64,000 nt of DNA from Convolutriloba macropyga (lineage: Eukaryota), in the NCBI RefSeq assembly GCF_964194025.1, contig NC_134468.1, positions 44,020,001 to 44,084,000 of the forward strand, written 5' to 3'. Each line of letters starts with the position of its first letter. Position 1 is the stretch's first letter. Of the stretch, positions 1 through 11,460 are shown piece by piece. The translations under genes and the position numbers were made by a program. The notes under the pieces are model-generated. The model saw only the letters and a program-made list of their open reading frames with translations, did no database searches and was not told where the DNA came from.

Positions 1-102
1 TTTTGTTGTGAGAACTTCCTCGATGTCATAGCCTACAAGTGTAGAGAAACTGCAATCTACTAGGCAAGTGAACAACAGCAACACTTGCTGCACAAAGAGC
101 AT
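1..102 (-). CDS. env: env-like glycoprotein, N-terminal part (cut by window edge), copy 1
   Basis: Same sequence as the start of the 684-aa ORF at 17725; ATG at 102-100. Confidence 0.85.
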   Translation of the reverse strand, partial: MLFVQQVLLLFTCLVDCSFSTLVGYDIEEVLTTK

Positions 103-111
103 CTAAACAAA

Positions 112-3100
112 TCACTCAACATCACTGTCTGAATCAAAATAAGCTAAACGGAAAAATCCTGGATGCCGTGCATGATCAGCAACAGCTCTACGCGGTCGTT
201 GAGGAACTGTTGTGGAACCTGAACCACTTTGATTTTCTGACAAAAAAACTGGCGGTGACGGAATGGCGGAACTTGTAGGGTTAGTAGTGTTTTGTAACCT
301 ATCAGAGGTAGAAGCCTGTCTTTCAGATAAATCAACCAACACAAGATCATCGTCTTCAGGGACGATGGGTTGAGGACTTGGTCTTACAGTTTGGTTGGAA
401 CGATTTCTGCGCAACCGCTGGTCTGATGGTGTAAAAGGTTTAATGCGATCGTAATGAGCAATCTGTTGTTTTTGAGTTTTGACGTCTTGTAGAACAAAAT
501 TAATTTGGTTAATAACCTTTTTCACGCAATGAGGTCCAGACCAGAAGCTCTTTAATTTAGTAGTTTGACCCTGTGAGCACACTGGTGAATGAAGAAGCAC
601 CAGGTCTCCTTCTTTATACGAAGGACCATGCTTCTTTTTGTCAAAGATAGCTTTTTGTCGGCGCATTTCCCATCCGTTTTTCTGAATTACGGACTCGAAA
701 ATGGTGGAAGATTCAACTAAACGTTGAAAAACATAATCCCGATGACCAACAATTGGAGTGGGCAATGTTGGATATAGCATATCAACAGGCATGCGCATTT
801 CTTTCCCAAAAACTAATCGGAAAGGCGATTGACCTGTCGACTCATGAACTGCAGAACGATAGGCCATCATGAAAGATTGAAGATGAACAGACCAAACTTC
901 ATGCCGTTCTGCGCAGTACTTTGCCAACCCATCTTCCAAAGTGCGATTTATGCGTTCCACTTTTGCATTTCCTTGCGGGTGGTAAGGAGTAGATCTTGAG
1001 CTGGTTAACTGCAGCTTATTGCACATATCTGCGAAAAGGCGCGATGTGAACTGCGAACCGTTGTCACTGTGAATATATTCAGGTACACCAAATCGGGTGA
1101 CCCATTGATCTAAGAAAGTGCTACAGATTGTCTCAGCCTTAATGTTCTGTAGGGGTGCAGCCTCGAACCAGCGAGTAAAATGGTCTCCAATCATTAGGAT
1201 GTATTTATAAAATTTCTCATTCAACCGACTTTCTGGGAGAGGGCCAAGGATATCAACTGACACGCAAAGAAAAGGTTCATAGAATGCCCAGAGCTGCATT
1301 TCTTGCTGATGTGATTGTTTGGGATTCTTTCGTTTTTGACAAGTTGCACAACCTGAGATCCAGGAGTCCACATCATTTTTCAATCCTGGCCAGTAAAATC
1401 GCTGACGTACCCGATCAAGAGTTTTCTTATTGCCTAAATGTCCTGAAGCAGGTGAATCATGCAACTGAAGAAGAACTTTTTGAACCTGGTTAAGTGGAAC
1501 GCAACACTGATGGAAAAGTGTAGATCCATCCAGTTGTTGAAATAGCCGGTACAAAACACCATCAATAATTTTCAATGTCTCGAATTGCTGCCAGTAACAC
1601 TGCAAAGCAGATGGTCTACCAAGCATTAAGGATCGAGGTGGTTTCTCACCTGTTCGACACCATGATTTGACTACAGACAGAGTTTTATCCTGATCTTGCG
1701 TTTCTGAAAAGTGCGGAGACGAAGAAACAGATGTGACAGAAGTAGCAGATAAATTCAAAGGTGGTAATCTGGAAAGAGCATCAGCATTTGCAATAGTTTT
1801 TCCAGGCCGATGGACAATTTCAAAATTGAACATACTTAATTTTTCTAGCCAACGCGCTACTATTGCATCAGGCTCTTTGAACGAATAGAGCCAAACGAGG
1901 GCGCGATGGTCAGTAATTATCTGAAATTTTTGCCCAAGAAGAAATTCTTTGAAGTATGATGTGAAGAACACCACAGCAAAGAGTTCACGTTTCGTAGCCG
2001 AGTAGTTTCTTTGACCTTTTTGCAGCACTTTGCTAGCATATGCAATAACCTTTTCACCATTTTTCTGTTTTTGAGATAGCACTGCGCCAATTCCAGTAAG
2101 CGATGCGTCAGTACAAAGAACGAATTGATCCTTTTCATTTGGAAAACCTAAGATTGGAGCGGATACTAGCGCTGTTTTCAATTTCTCGAAAGCTTTTTGG
2201 CAGTCTGCTGTCCAATGGAACGTTGTTGTTTTATTCATCAATTGGTACAGAGGGTTCGCAATCAAACCAAAATTGAGAACAAACTTTCTATAGAAGCCAA
2301 CAAGGCCCATGAACGATCTTAACTGACGAATAGTTTGTGGAACTGGGTATTTCTCCACAGCTGCTATTTTAGCAGGATCAGTGTGTATCCCGTCAGCAGA
2401 GACTACATGACCCAGAAATACTAACTTCGTTTGGAATAAGGAACATTTGGCAGGTGAAATTTTCAAATTTGCTTCCCGTATGCGTTGGAACACAAGTTGA
2501 AGACGATGTATGTGTTCCTCGAAAGAACGACCAAAGACTATAATATCATCAAGATAAACCAGGACAATTTCATATGTCAACCCTGATAAAACAATTTCCA
2601 TTAGTCTTTGAAATGCTCCAGGGGCATTGCAAAGACCCATTGGCATCCGTTTCCACTGATACAGTCCAAACGGCGCAATGAAAGAAGTAAGGTGTCGATC
2701 TTCTTCATCAATCTCCATTTGATGAAATCCACTGCAAAGGTCGAGGCTAGAGAAGAAAATGCTTCCCTCGAGATTATTTAGAATATCTGATATGCGCGGA
2801 AGAGGCCACGATGTTTTGACTGTTTGGGCATTTAGTTTCCGATAGTCAATAACAAGACGATATGACCCGTCACGTTTCGGAACTAACACGGTTGGAGCTG
2901 CCCACTCGGAATGAGTAGGAGATATGAGATCTTTTTCTTGGAGTTTGGTTATCTTATCCTTGAGATCTTTTCTTTTAGAAGGATTCATTGATCTGTATGG
3001 CACTCGGCTAGGCTGGGCGTCATCTTTCAACTGAATACGCAGTTTATGCAAATTACATGAGCCTAGATCCCATTTGTCGGTAGCAAACACGTCTGCAAAC

Positions 3101-3981
3101 TGCTTGAGTAGACTAAAAGCGTCCTTTTGTTGTTTTTTAGTGAGAGTGCTGAACTTTGATTTAAACAACTGCATCAAAGTTTCAGCTGAATTGATGTCAA
3201 CAGCATTGAAACCAACAGTTTGAAGGACAGTCTCGTTGTAGGGTAAGATTTGCGCAATAGTTTGCGAAGGATATAAAGTTACGGAATTACAAGTAGGGTT
3301 AAGTACTCTTAGCCAAAATTCATTTTGAGAAACTGTTACAAGAGACGAGGCCACTAAAAGGGAGTTTAAACTGGTGAAACCTACGTGGGGCTCAACCAAA
3401 CCCACAGTCGCGTCAGACGAAGTACGCGAACTGCTTGAAGAAAACTTATGCGCATGATGTGACTTTAGATTACATTTTACGAGTGCTTCACTTCGAGGTG
3501 GAATAAGGAAACGCGAAGTTACAGAACAAAGCGAAGTCTCAGTTGTCGGAGAATTATCCTCAAACCACTGAGACAACGGACTGATACATTCCAGTACTGC
3601 GTCACCTACATCTAATAAACCCCGAGAGAAGTCTACTGCACATTTTTGTTTGTGTAGGAGATCAAAACCGACCACACAAGGAACACTGAGGTGGGCACAA
3701 ATGTAAAATTTGAAAGAAAACATGGGACCATTTTTAAACCAACGACATGGAAGCAAGCACATACCCTTAAATTGAAGCATAGAGCCATTTATGGCGGATG
3801 CTTGGATATCAGATGCTTCCAATGTAAGCGAAGGGCTAAAGTTGCTGAACTTGCCAAAAACATCGGCACGAATTACACTAATTGAAGCACCTGAATCAAT
3901 CAGGGCAGGCAGTATATTATCGGCGATTATTATTTTGGAAAGAAGCGACTGTATGCCAAAAATACGCTTGTTTTGTGCCAT
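112..3981 (-). CDS. pol: Pol polyprotein (aspartic protease, RT, RNase H, integrase), copy 1
   Basis: LIDSGAS protease; RMPMGL and YLDD in RT; TDAS..RELFA..TDH in RNase H; HHCC zinc site (H-x6-H, CATC); DILGP/SDNG/ERINRT DDE triad; GPH (GPY/F-like) motif. Confidence 0.98.
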   Translation of the reverse strand: MAQNKRIFGIQSLLSKIIIADNILPALIDSGASISVIRADVFGKFSNFSPSLTLEASDIQASAINGSMLQFKGMCLLPCRWFKNGPMFSFKFYICAHLSVPCVVGFDLLHKQKCAVDFSRGLLDVGDAVLECISPLSQWFEDNSPTTETSLCSVTSRFLIPPRSEALVKCNLKSHHAHKFSSSSSRTSSDATVGLVEPHVGFTSLNSLLVASSLVTVSQNEFWLRVLNPTCNSVTLYPSQTIAQILPYNETVLQTVGFNAVDINSAETLMQLFKSKFSTLTKKQQKDAFSLLKQFADVFATDKWDLGSCNLHKLRIQLKDDAQPSRVPYRSMNPSKRKDLKDKITKLQEKDLISPTHSEWAAPTVLVPKRDGSYRLVIDYRKLNAQTVKTSWPLPRISDILNNLEGSIFFSSLDLCSGFHQMEIDEEDRHLTSFIAPFGLYQWKRMPMGLCNAPGAFQRLMEIVLSGLTYEIVLVYLDDIIVFGRSFEEHIHRLQLVFQRIREANLKISPAKCSLFQTKLVFLGHVVSADGIHTDPAKIAAVEKYPVPQTIRQLRSFMGLVGFYRKFVLNFGLIANPLYQLMNKTTTFHWTADCQKAFEKLKTALVSAPILGFPNEKDQFVLCTDASLTGIGAVLSQKQKNGEKVIAYASKVLQKGQRNYSATKRELFAVVFFTSYFKEFLLGQKFQIITDHRALVWLYSFKEPDAIVARWLEKLSMFNFEIVHRPGKTIANADALSRLPPLNLSATSVTSVSSSPHFSETQDQDKTLSVVKSWCRTGEKPPRSLMLGRPSALQCYWQQFETLKIIDGVLYRLFQQLDGSTLFHQCCVPLNQVQKVLLQLHDSPASGHLGNKKTLDRVRQRFYWPGLKNDVDSWISGCATCQKRKNPKQSHQQEMQLWAFYEPFLCVSVDILGPLPESRLNEKFYKYILMIGDHFTRWFEAAPLQNIKAETICSTFLDQWVTRFGVPEYIHSDNGSQFTSRLFADMCNKLQLTSSRSTPYHPQGNAKVERINRTLEDGLAKYCAERHEVWSVHLQSFMMAYRSAVHESTGQSPFRLVFGKEMRMPVDMLYPTLPTPIVGHRDYVFQRLVESSTIFESVIQKNGWEMRRQKAIFDKKKHGPSYKEGDLVLLHSPVCSQGQTTKLKSFWSGPHCVKKVINQINFVLQDVKTQKQQIAHYDRIKPFTPSDQRLRRNRSNQTVRPSPQPIVPEDDDLVLVDLSERQASTSDRLQNTTNPTSSAIPSPPVFLSENQSGSGSTTVPQRPRRAVADHARHPGFFRLAYFDSDSDVE

Positions 3982-4038
3982 GGGTTATTAAAAATGGAGA
4001 ACAAACTCTTTCAAGGTGGACTATGGCGATAGAAGAAG

Positions 4039-5055
4039 CTATCGGTTAGAGTATGGTTTTGACTCTGGGCAATTACGTCGCTGATGTTGAGAAGAACCAC
4101 AGTTCCAACAATTTTTGCAATTATTTTTAGTATGACCTTTACGATTACAACCATAACAAATAGTTGGTCCGGTGAACCTAACTTTTCTTTCATTACTGAT
4201 TGAACGACTGTGTGAATTGTCAAGAAACGTTTTTCGCGGAGAGGAAGATTGACGACGTTCTCCGTGTTGCGATGGGCTACGAGAGAAAGTAGGTGACTTG
4301 CGTTTGTTAAACGGAGACAATCTGTAAGGAGAGTTGCTCCTGCGACCCGATTTTTTGTTCATCGGACGAGAACGTGGTTGGTAACTAACTTGTCCGGCCA
4401 TGAGTTTATCAACTTTACGCGAAAGTGCTTCAATGGAACTCACAGAAGTAGATGAAGGCGCAGTCTCATTTGCATTTGCTTCAAGACGGTAAATTGCGTC
4501 GAAGTGGAGTGCTGATTCTAAGGCCGCGTTAATGTCAGCCGGCTTGTTCTTTCTTAACTCTACCCTTACATGAATATTGTGAAGGCCATCAATGAAAGAT
4601 TGAAGCACAATATGGTCTCTGATTGCCTGCGTGTCTTGGGGATAAGCCTTATTAGCTAGAAGTTTGAGCTCAGCTAAAAATTCACTTACTTTTTCGGACT
4701 CGCCTTGAATACGTTTTGCAAGGGATGACCGAAAAAATTCAGGAGGTTCCTGATATTGGCGCAAAAATTGCTTTTTAAGCTCTGAATAATCATTTTTTGT
4801 TGCGTCATCTAATGACTGATAAAATTCGATAGCACTGCCTCGTAAGCGCAAGGGAAAAATAGTATGACGCTTATCAATGTAAACCTGTTGACCAGCGCTG
4901 TCGTGTTGCGGAGTTCCATCACTATTGAATGCTTTTTTTAGCCAATTTTGTAACGAACTCAAGAGTTCGAATTGTGTTATATAGGCCTGAATATCACTTG
5001 TTCCGTTAAAAGGCTCCGGTAGAAGAAGTTTAGCTTCCAGAGCTGCGTCAGCCAT
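4039..5055 (-). CDS. gag: Gag with two CCHC zinc knuckles, copy 1
   Basis: N-terminal PEPFNG; major-homology-like QGESEKVSEFLAELKLLA; knuckles CYGCNRKGHTKNNC and CWNCGSSQHQRRNC. Confidence 0.95.
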   Translation of the reverse strand: MADAALEAKLLLPEPFNGTSDIQAYITQFELLSSLQNWLKKAFNSDGTPQHDSAGQQVYIDKRHTIFPLRLRGSAIEFYQSLDDATKNDYSELKKQFLRQYQEPPEFFRSSLAKRIQGESEKVSEFLAELKLLANKAYPQDTQAIRDHIVLQSFIDGLHNIHVRVELRKNKPADINAALESALHFDAIYRLEANANETAPSSTSVSSIEALSRKVDKLMAGQVSYQPRSRPMNKKSGRRSNSPYRLSPFNKRKSPTFSRSPSQHGERRQSSSPRKTFLDNSHSRSISNERKVRFTGPTICYGCNRKGHTKNNCKNCWNCGSSQHQRRNCPESKPYSNR

Positions 5056-5630
5056 TTTTTATTAATTACATGGAAATAAAAAATGCTGCACAAAGTTCCA
5101 ACCTTGCGATTGGACCGGCAAGTCAGATATCGGTTGTTCAAAATTGTGGGGACCAGAAAAAGCTGGCCTCTAAGAGATAACAGAAAAGAACGCAGAGACT
5201 TTTTTTAACTTAGGATTTCAGGTCTCTCGTCTTAAGTTATGTATCGTTGAGGTTGCCGTAGCAGCCGCCGAAACCTCCCTTGCTAAGCCCCTTAGTCTTA
5301 CTACGTGGGACCTACAAACACTGGGAATGTAGAAGCTGCGGAAGCAAGGAGCGTCTATTTTCCGATAAATCGGATAACGCTTGAGAAGCCTCTGAAATCA
5401 GTACCTATTTGTCAAAGCGTTCTAAAGTTAAAGGCAATTATGGCTCATCTAAGAAAAAGAACAACCGTTATCTGTCAAGCAGATAACAAAAACGACCGAA
5501 TATTTGAGTTATTTTTCTCTTTTTTTTTTTGTTTTTTTTTTTTTGAAAAGAAGGTAAAGAAAAAGCAGATGTTCCTGAAAATTGCAGGATAGCTTATTTT
5601 GGAAAAAAAAAATCCCGAACCTGTCAACAA

Positions 5631-6121
5631 TATAACAACCCGGTAGGTATTAAAAAAACGAACGTTTGAATTGCGAATGCGGGATTCGAGATTGGGTTGT
5701 TTTAGTTTTTTTTGTTGAAATTAACAACTTCAATTTAATTGATCTTACCTTGTTTTCTGTGCTCTATCTTTTTCTTTGGAAAATCGACAAAGTAAGTTTT
5801 CAGAATATTGAATTAAACTGAATAGGTTATTTATAAAAGCTTGTTGAGAAAAAGCTCAACTAACTGGATTGTAAGCAGAAAAGTCTCAAGTGTCGTTTGG
5901 GCGAAGGAACCTGGCCAACGGAACAAATTCTCAATTAGCTCTTGAAACACGCAAAAGCTAAATAAATTGCGTGCCAAATTGTGTTATCAATAATAAATAC
6001 ACTATGGTCCAGTGGCACGAAAGTAAAACAAAGCTTGAGCGGAAAGGCGCTATAAGATTAATAGATTAATAGCTGGAACATTATACTGCCTAAGGAATAA
6101 TAATGGGGTAGGGCTGTTACA
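5631..6121 (-). repeat. 5' LTR, copy 1 (491 bp, TGTAACA...TGTTATA)
   Basis: Direct repeat of 13976-14467; 7-bp imperfect terminal inverted repeat; followed by ATAT. Confidence 0.95.
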
Positions 6122-9100
6122 ATATATCGACAGTCTGTATAATAAGCCGACAACACAAAAAGGTTCCACTTGATTGCTCAAAGCTCATTAAATAATAACA
6201 ACAAACCCAAAAATTAAAAACAGAAAAATGAACCCAGAATCAGCTGCCGGTCTTCAGCTCTTAGACATTCTAAACCTACAAAAGCACTAGAACCTGTATA
6301 TTTTGGTAAAGGCCAAGCATCTTTGATACCCATTAAATTGATCGGTTATTGTAAATGCCTACTAATCGGCGTGAAGAAACAAATCAATTTTTTGACAACA
6401 ACGTTTGATTAAAATTTTAAAATAAAAATAAATTCTTAGCTATCAAGAAGAAGTCAAGCCCATTTTTTGTATAATTGCATCAAGTATAAAAACCGTGTAT
6501 TAAATCAGAAAATCAGTTACAGAAAGAATGAAACTTATGATTAACAATGCTCTAATTGTGAGCCACCACCACTATTCAACTGCCCCCCCCCCCCACCACC
6601 ACCACTATTCAGACCACCCCACTATTCAATTGTTCTTCTATATCGCAAAATTTATTAAAAGAAAAAATTGAGTTGGACAGTCAAAGTAGCTTTCAATAGA
6701 CTAAGCATCAGGACACGCCAACATGTTGGTAGGTACGCTCTGTCTTACCAGCAGAAAAAAGGCGTCACTAACAAATTTAAATTTGTAAAAACCTCTGAAA
6801 AAGTACAAAAATCAAGCATTATATGTATTTCTCAAAAGTAAATAATAGAGATATAATCAAGTCTAATTTTTTGCTTTTGTAAGAAAGACCAAAAAAGTAC
6901 CATGGTTCAAACAGTTTAATTCCTAATTTAATGTAGCCACCAATTTGAATCTAAGTTTCATTAAAATTTCTGAACCGGTTCTAGACGAAGTCAGAACCGC
7001 ACTGCTTATCAAGTTTAATATTTGTTGACTGTAACTGCTTCAAAAGTCCTAATTTAGATAGCAATCATTTTTTCATTTTATTCCAAATCCAAATTGCGGC
7101 AAAATAACCCAAGGTTGGTAGTTTTGCTGTAATTTTTTAAGTTTTCTAAATTCTCTGTCAATAACTTGAAATAGAAATTCAAATTTCTACAGAATAAAAT
7201 GAAAAGGAAAATTTTAAATTTTTTTCTACATAAAAAACAGTGGGTGAAGAGATATCAGATTGGATAAAAAAACAGTTTCTCGGGCGCATAACGAAGATCT
7301 GCTTGTTGATGTTTTGTTTAATGAAAGAAAACCAATTTTTCAAGTCTTTTTCTTTGTTAAAGACTCGCTCATCAGAATATCTTTGTTTTACAAATTAATC
7401 AAAAAAAAAGCTTTTATGAAATTAAAGGTATCAAAAATTCTCTGATAAATCACTTTTCTGCTATCTATGATCTGCAGAGCTAGGTTTAAATTTTAGGGCG
7501 TTATCTTTATTATTTTTAGTAAATAAAATATATAATTATTTGTTTGATAACATTTAACATTAATCAACGATGTTTGACTTTAGTACAATTTGCAATTAAT
7601 TATTCAAATTCAAAAAATAGTCTAACCTTTGTACGTAATATATAATGCCAGAACAATGAATAGAACTACCGCTAAAAGACTGTCTCTGAAAAAATTGGTC
7701 CTTCTGTCTTCCAATTGATTTAATTACAAAACTTAAAAATTTCTGGATTCAATTGATCTTTGGAACAAAAAACAAAAGCGTTTTTTAAGCATCAGATCCA
7801 AAATGAAATTTTATTCTTCCGAGAAAAAATGCTCAAAATGAGGAATCAGAAGAACTATTTCTGTTACTACTGCTACTTTTCTATGCTTTTTTGCAAAAAT
7901 GGTATTCTTCAACAAGAGGTTGCGAAATATGAAATTTAATGGCTTCGACACAAAATCGTAGTCTGCATTAACTGAACATCTCAAACAACTCTTTTAAAAA
8001 TATTGGCAAGCAGTCGTAGCATTGACTGAGTTTGAGGTGCTGACCGAAAGTCGATGCGTCCAAACCGAAATGAAAGCACAAGGGGGGGTATTGCGCGTTC
8101 AAAAATACACGGTCCAAACGTGGGGATTTAATAAAAAATGTTTCAATATTAAAGTGTAGTCAAAGGGGATGCAAATTTAACAGAATAAAGAACTGATAAC
8201 AACGCAGCAAATCAAATTTCCACAAATAATTTTAAGGAAAGGAATATATTATTATTCATACTTTTTCAACTACTAACTTTGGTTTTTTAAAAGTAAAAAT
8301 TTACAAATTTGGGTTATACTATACGTAATCCTGATAAATTTGATAAAAATAATTTAAAGTTTTTTCAAATTATGTTTTGTAAGTCACCGATTATACTTTA
8401 AATGATTTTGCCTAGAGTCCAAATACGACTGAAAAAATTGATATTTGAAATCATTCCTTTTCAAAAATACAAAAATATATATCATCAAATTTAACAACTA
8501 ATGACTTGATACAAATTTAAATGTCGTTTTTCAAGTAATGTAAAGTTAAATTCAGAATTATATTCTTGGTTTTTAACAGATGAAAGCTAATGATCTCTTT
8601 TTTGAAAGCTAACTAAATCAAACATACTAAATCATTATCAACTTAAATTTAGAAACAATAGAGATTTTTTTGTCGGTATGAAACAATTCTGGATGCTGAG
8701 TTATTTTTCATTTTGAATTTTTTGTGCGTTTGTTCTCCCTTCATTGAAAATAAATTGCTCTCATTGCAACTTCCCCCTCGTAACTTCTTCTCTCTCAAAT
8801 TTCTACACTGGCTTATTTTATTTTTCGACTCATATTGTTGGGGGAGGAACCATGAACTCAAATGGGTTTTTTGTTCATTAATTTTTGGACTATTGATATA
8901 ATCATTGTAGAGATTTGTCAGTAATATCATTAGAAAGGCCTTTTAACATAGAATATAGAAATAAGATATTTTTTTGAAATTCTTTTTTTTCCACAGAATT
9001 ATCGATTATTAAAATTTTCTGATCATTTGTAGGCAATTCAGTTGTTTTATTTCACAGTTTATCAATTTTTGCTTATGTTTGTGTCAAACTTACTCAATAT

Positions 9101-11246
9101 AGTATGTTAAAATTGTTAGCGAACTTTTTCATGCTCTGAAATTTCAGGATTGACTAAACTTCCGGTTCGGATTGTAAAACCTGCTGTTTTTTTAAATTTT
9201 TTTTCAATTTTTATGCTCTTTTCGATCACTTTAAAACAATTACCGGAACAGCATTACAAAGGAATGACGTTAAATTACCTTAAAAAATTGACGTGCAAAT
9301 GAGTTGCCAGGAGCGCTTATCTTGTTCAGGAAAAAGTTCAAAGTTTTTGTGGCTTCGGCACTTTGCTCGAGTAAAACTTCTTTCTCGAAATTTGTGTTTT
9401 CTCAGTTGTCTTTGTTTAGTGGTCTAAAAATTTCGTCTCGCCAATTAAATGTCCAATTAGCGTCTTTTGGAGTGAAGGAGCTAATTTATTTAGTTTTTTG
9501 ATGACAACTTGTTCAAGCTTGTTGATTTGATTGTTTTCAAAAATATTTGTTTGCAAAGCAAAAAAGTAGTACATTTTTGATATTTTGACGTATTTTCAAT
9601 TAATTTCTGTCAACTTATAGCTCAATTCGGGTAGAGAGCTTACATCATTCACTAACGAAATAAAAGTTAGTTTTAACTGCATGTTACGTTTTCAATTATG
9701 ATTTTTAGGCTTTGAGACTAAAAGGTTCCACATTTACGTATATCAAATTTCTGAAGTTTGTACACTTGTTTTTAGTGTCATGTCACACCATAACTATAAT
9801 TGCAGAACACATAAAAAACGGTGGTTTCTAAACGGCGATTGAAATTATCAAGCGTTTCTAGTCAATAGGTTTTGGTTTTAACGGCTTCGACGCCTATTTG
9901 TTGCAAAGCTCAATTTAATTTTTGATTTATTGCTATATCTGTCATTTTTTGTAGTCATAAGAAATATTTACGATAATGAACATTTTTGGAAGGTGCCATT
10001 TAACCACTTTAAATTTTTAATTCTATAGCTAAAGGTTTTCTTGACATTGAACTTTTTTCTATCAGAAAAAATCATTGTAATTTTGAACTTTTTCGGCTTT
10101 TTTTCCTTTTTTCCTTATTTCAGGTAGATTTTTGCTTAGATTCATCATTGTCAGCTTTCTTGCTGCCAAATTTGGTTTTTAATTATCCTTTTTCCTAGAA
10201 GAAATTGGTTTTCTGGCTTCTATTTTACAAACTTTCTTGAAACTTTTTGTGACTTGGGGGTTTGTCAAATTGAAAACCAATTTAAAAGACCCGCTGGCGT
10301 CGAATGCAGGCCTATTCATTTATATGTCATTTTATACTAGGTAAAAGTTGAGGATATTAGTGGCTTGGGCACTAATTTTTATCAAACTTTTTTTGAAGTT
10401 TCCATTGTTTTCACAATTTGTTGTCTTTTAATAGTTGTTAGACATATTCTGTATAATAAGAGGTCTCGATGGCTTCTCTAGGAATATAAAAGAAACATTT
10501 AATCATTTCAGTTGATTGCTAAAAGTTTTTATGGCTCTTAACTTTTCAGTTTTTCAAAAAAATTGAAACTCTTTTTTCTGATTTTTCCATTTGCGTTCTT
10601 GTTTTGTGAATTGTAAGTTTTCAGGTCGTGTTTAGTGTTTTTTTGAGATCCCATTTTTACCTTGCTAATTTTTTTTAAAAATTAACATCTAGTTTTGGTC
10701 GTAGTAAATGTTTGGTTTTGTTATTTGTTTTTTTTCTTGTCTCATAGTCTTGTTAATGGCATGTCCCATTGGCCCTCTCAACGGCCTTGTTTAATTAGTT
10801 TAGCGGTTTGAGTGAAAGGCATTTTTTCACTCATTAATTATTTTTCTGAGATAGCTGTAATTTTTTTTAAAAAAATCTTCAAGTCTCCTCCTCTTTTGGA
10901 AGACAGTTAAATCAAAAATGTGGATCAGCGGGTCGGTACCTAATGTGCAAACACACATTACCGAGACTCATTGTATTATGTCTTACCATATCCCTGGTGA
11001 GTCAAATTTATTAATCGCAATGTCATATACAGACCAACCAAAATGTTGTTTCTGAACTTTTTATGTCCCTTAAATATTCTCATGTGATTTAAGAAGCGAT
11101 TATTTTTAATTCATAAAGCATTACAAGCGTATCTATAGTAGATCTGGTTTGATTAGTACTACCCGTGGCCGTAGGAATCTCCAAAAGGGTAATGTTTCTT
11201 CTTGCACAGTGGGGTATGTCACGTTCGGGTATTATTAACATTTTTT

Positions 11247-11460
11247 TACCTGGGTCTAGAGTGTTTACTTTGTAATTTAATTTGTAAGCTCTTGCAAGAG
11301 ATAGTTAATTTTTCAAGAATCCTGCAAGAAAAAAATATTTTGAAAGAGCCTTGTAAGAAAAAGCTAATCTTGTCAGATATTGTGAAAATGTTGTAAGATT
11401 TAAAAATGACGAATAAGAATCTTCGAAGAATCTGACAAATTTTTGTTTTCGATTCGGGAG
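11247..11460. repeat. Decayed MITE-like element with (c)ttgcaaga/ttgtaaga internal repeats; also ~28874-29087 and ~62292-62450
   Basis: Begins tacctgggtc, ends ...gattcgggag; repeated tgcaaga/tgtaaga motifs. Boundaries approximate. Confidence 0.4.

Larger units (their letters stand above)
1..6121 (-). mobile_element. Ty3/Gypsy LTR element with env, copy 1 (3' part outside the window)
   Basis: 5' LTR 5631-6121, gag, pol and the first 34 codons of env; nearly identical to copies 2 and 3. Confidence 0.95.

Noticed and set aside
144-3991. Short alternative-frame and antisense ORFs inside pol (likewise in env and ORF4)
   Set aside because: Shadow ORFs of 60-80 aa without motifs; they recur only because the unit is duplicated.
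4011-4223. Overlapping ORF at the gag 3' end as a frameshift bridge to pol
   Set aside because: It stops 30 nt before the pol ATG and is in a different frame.
5305-5592. 95-aa antisense ORF in the leader
   Set aside because: GTG start, and its frame changes with homopolymer length in copy 2.
6561-6630. Three ccactattca repeats around a C-run
   Set aside because: Simple low-complexity repeat; C-run length varies between units and no function is evident.
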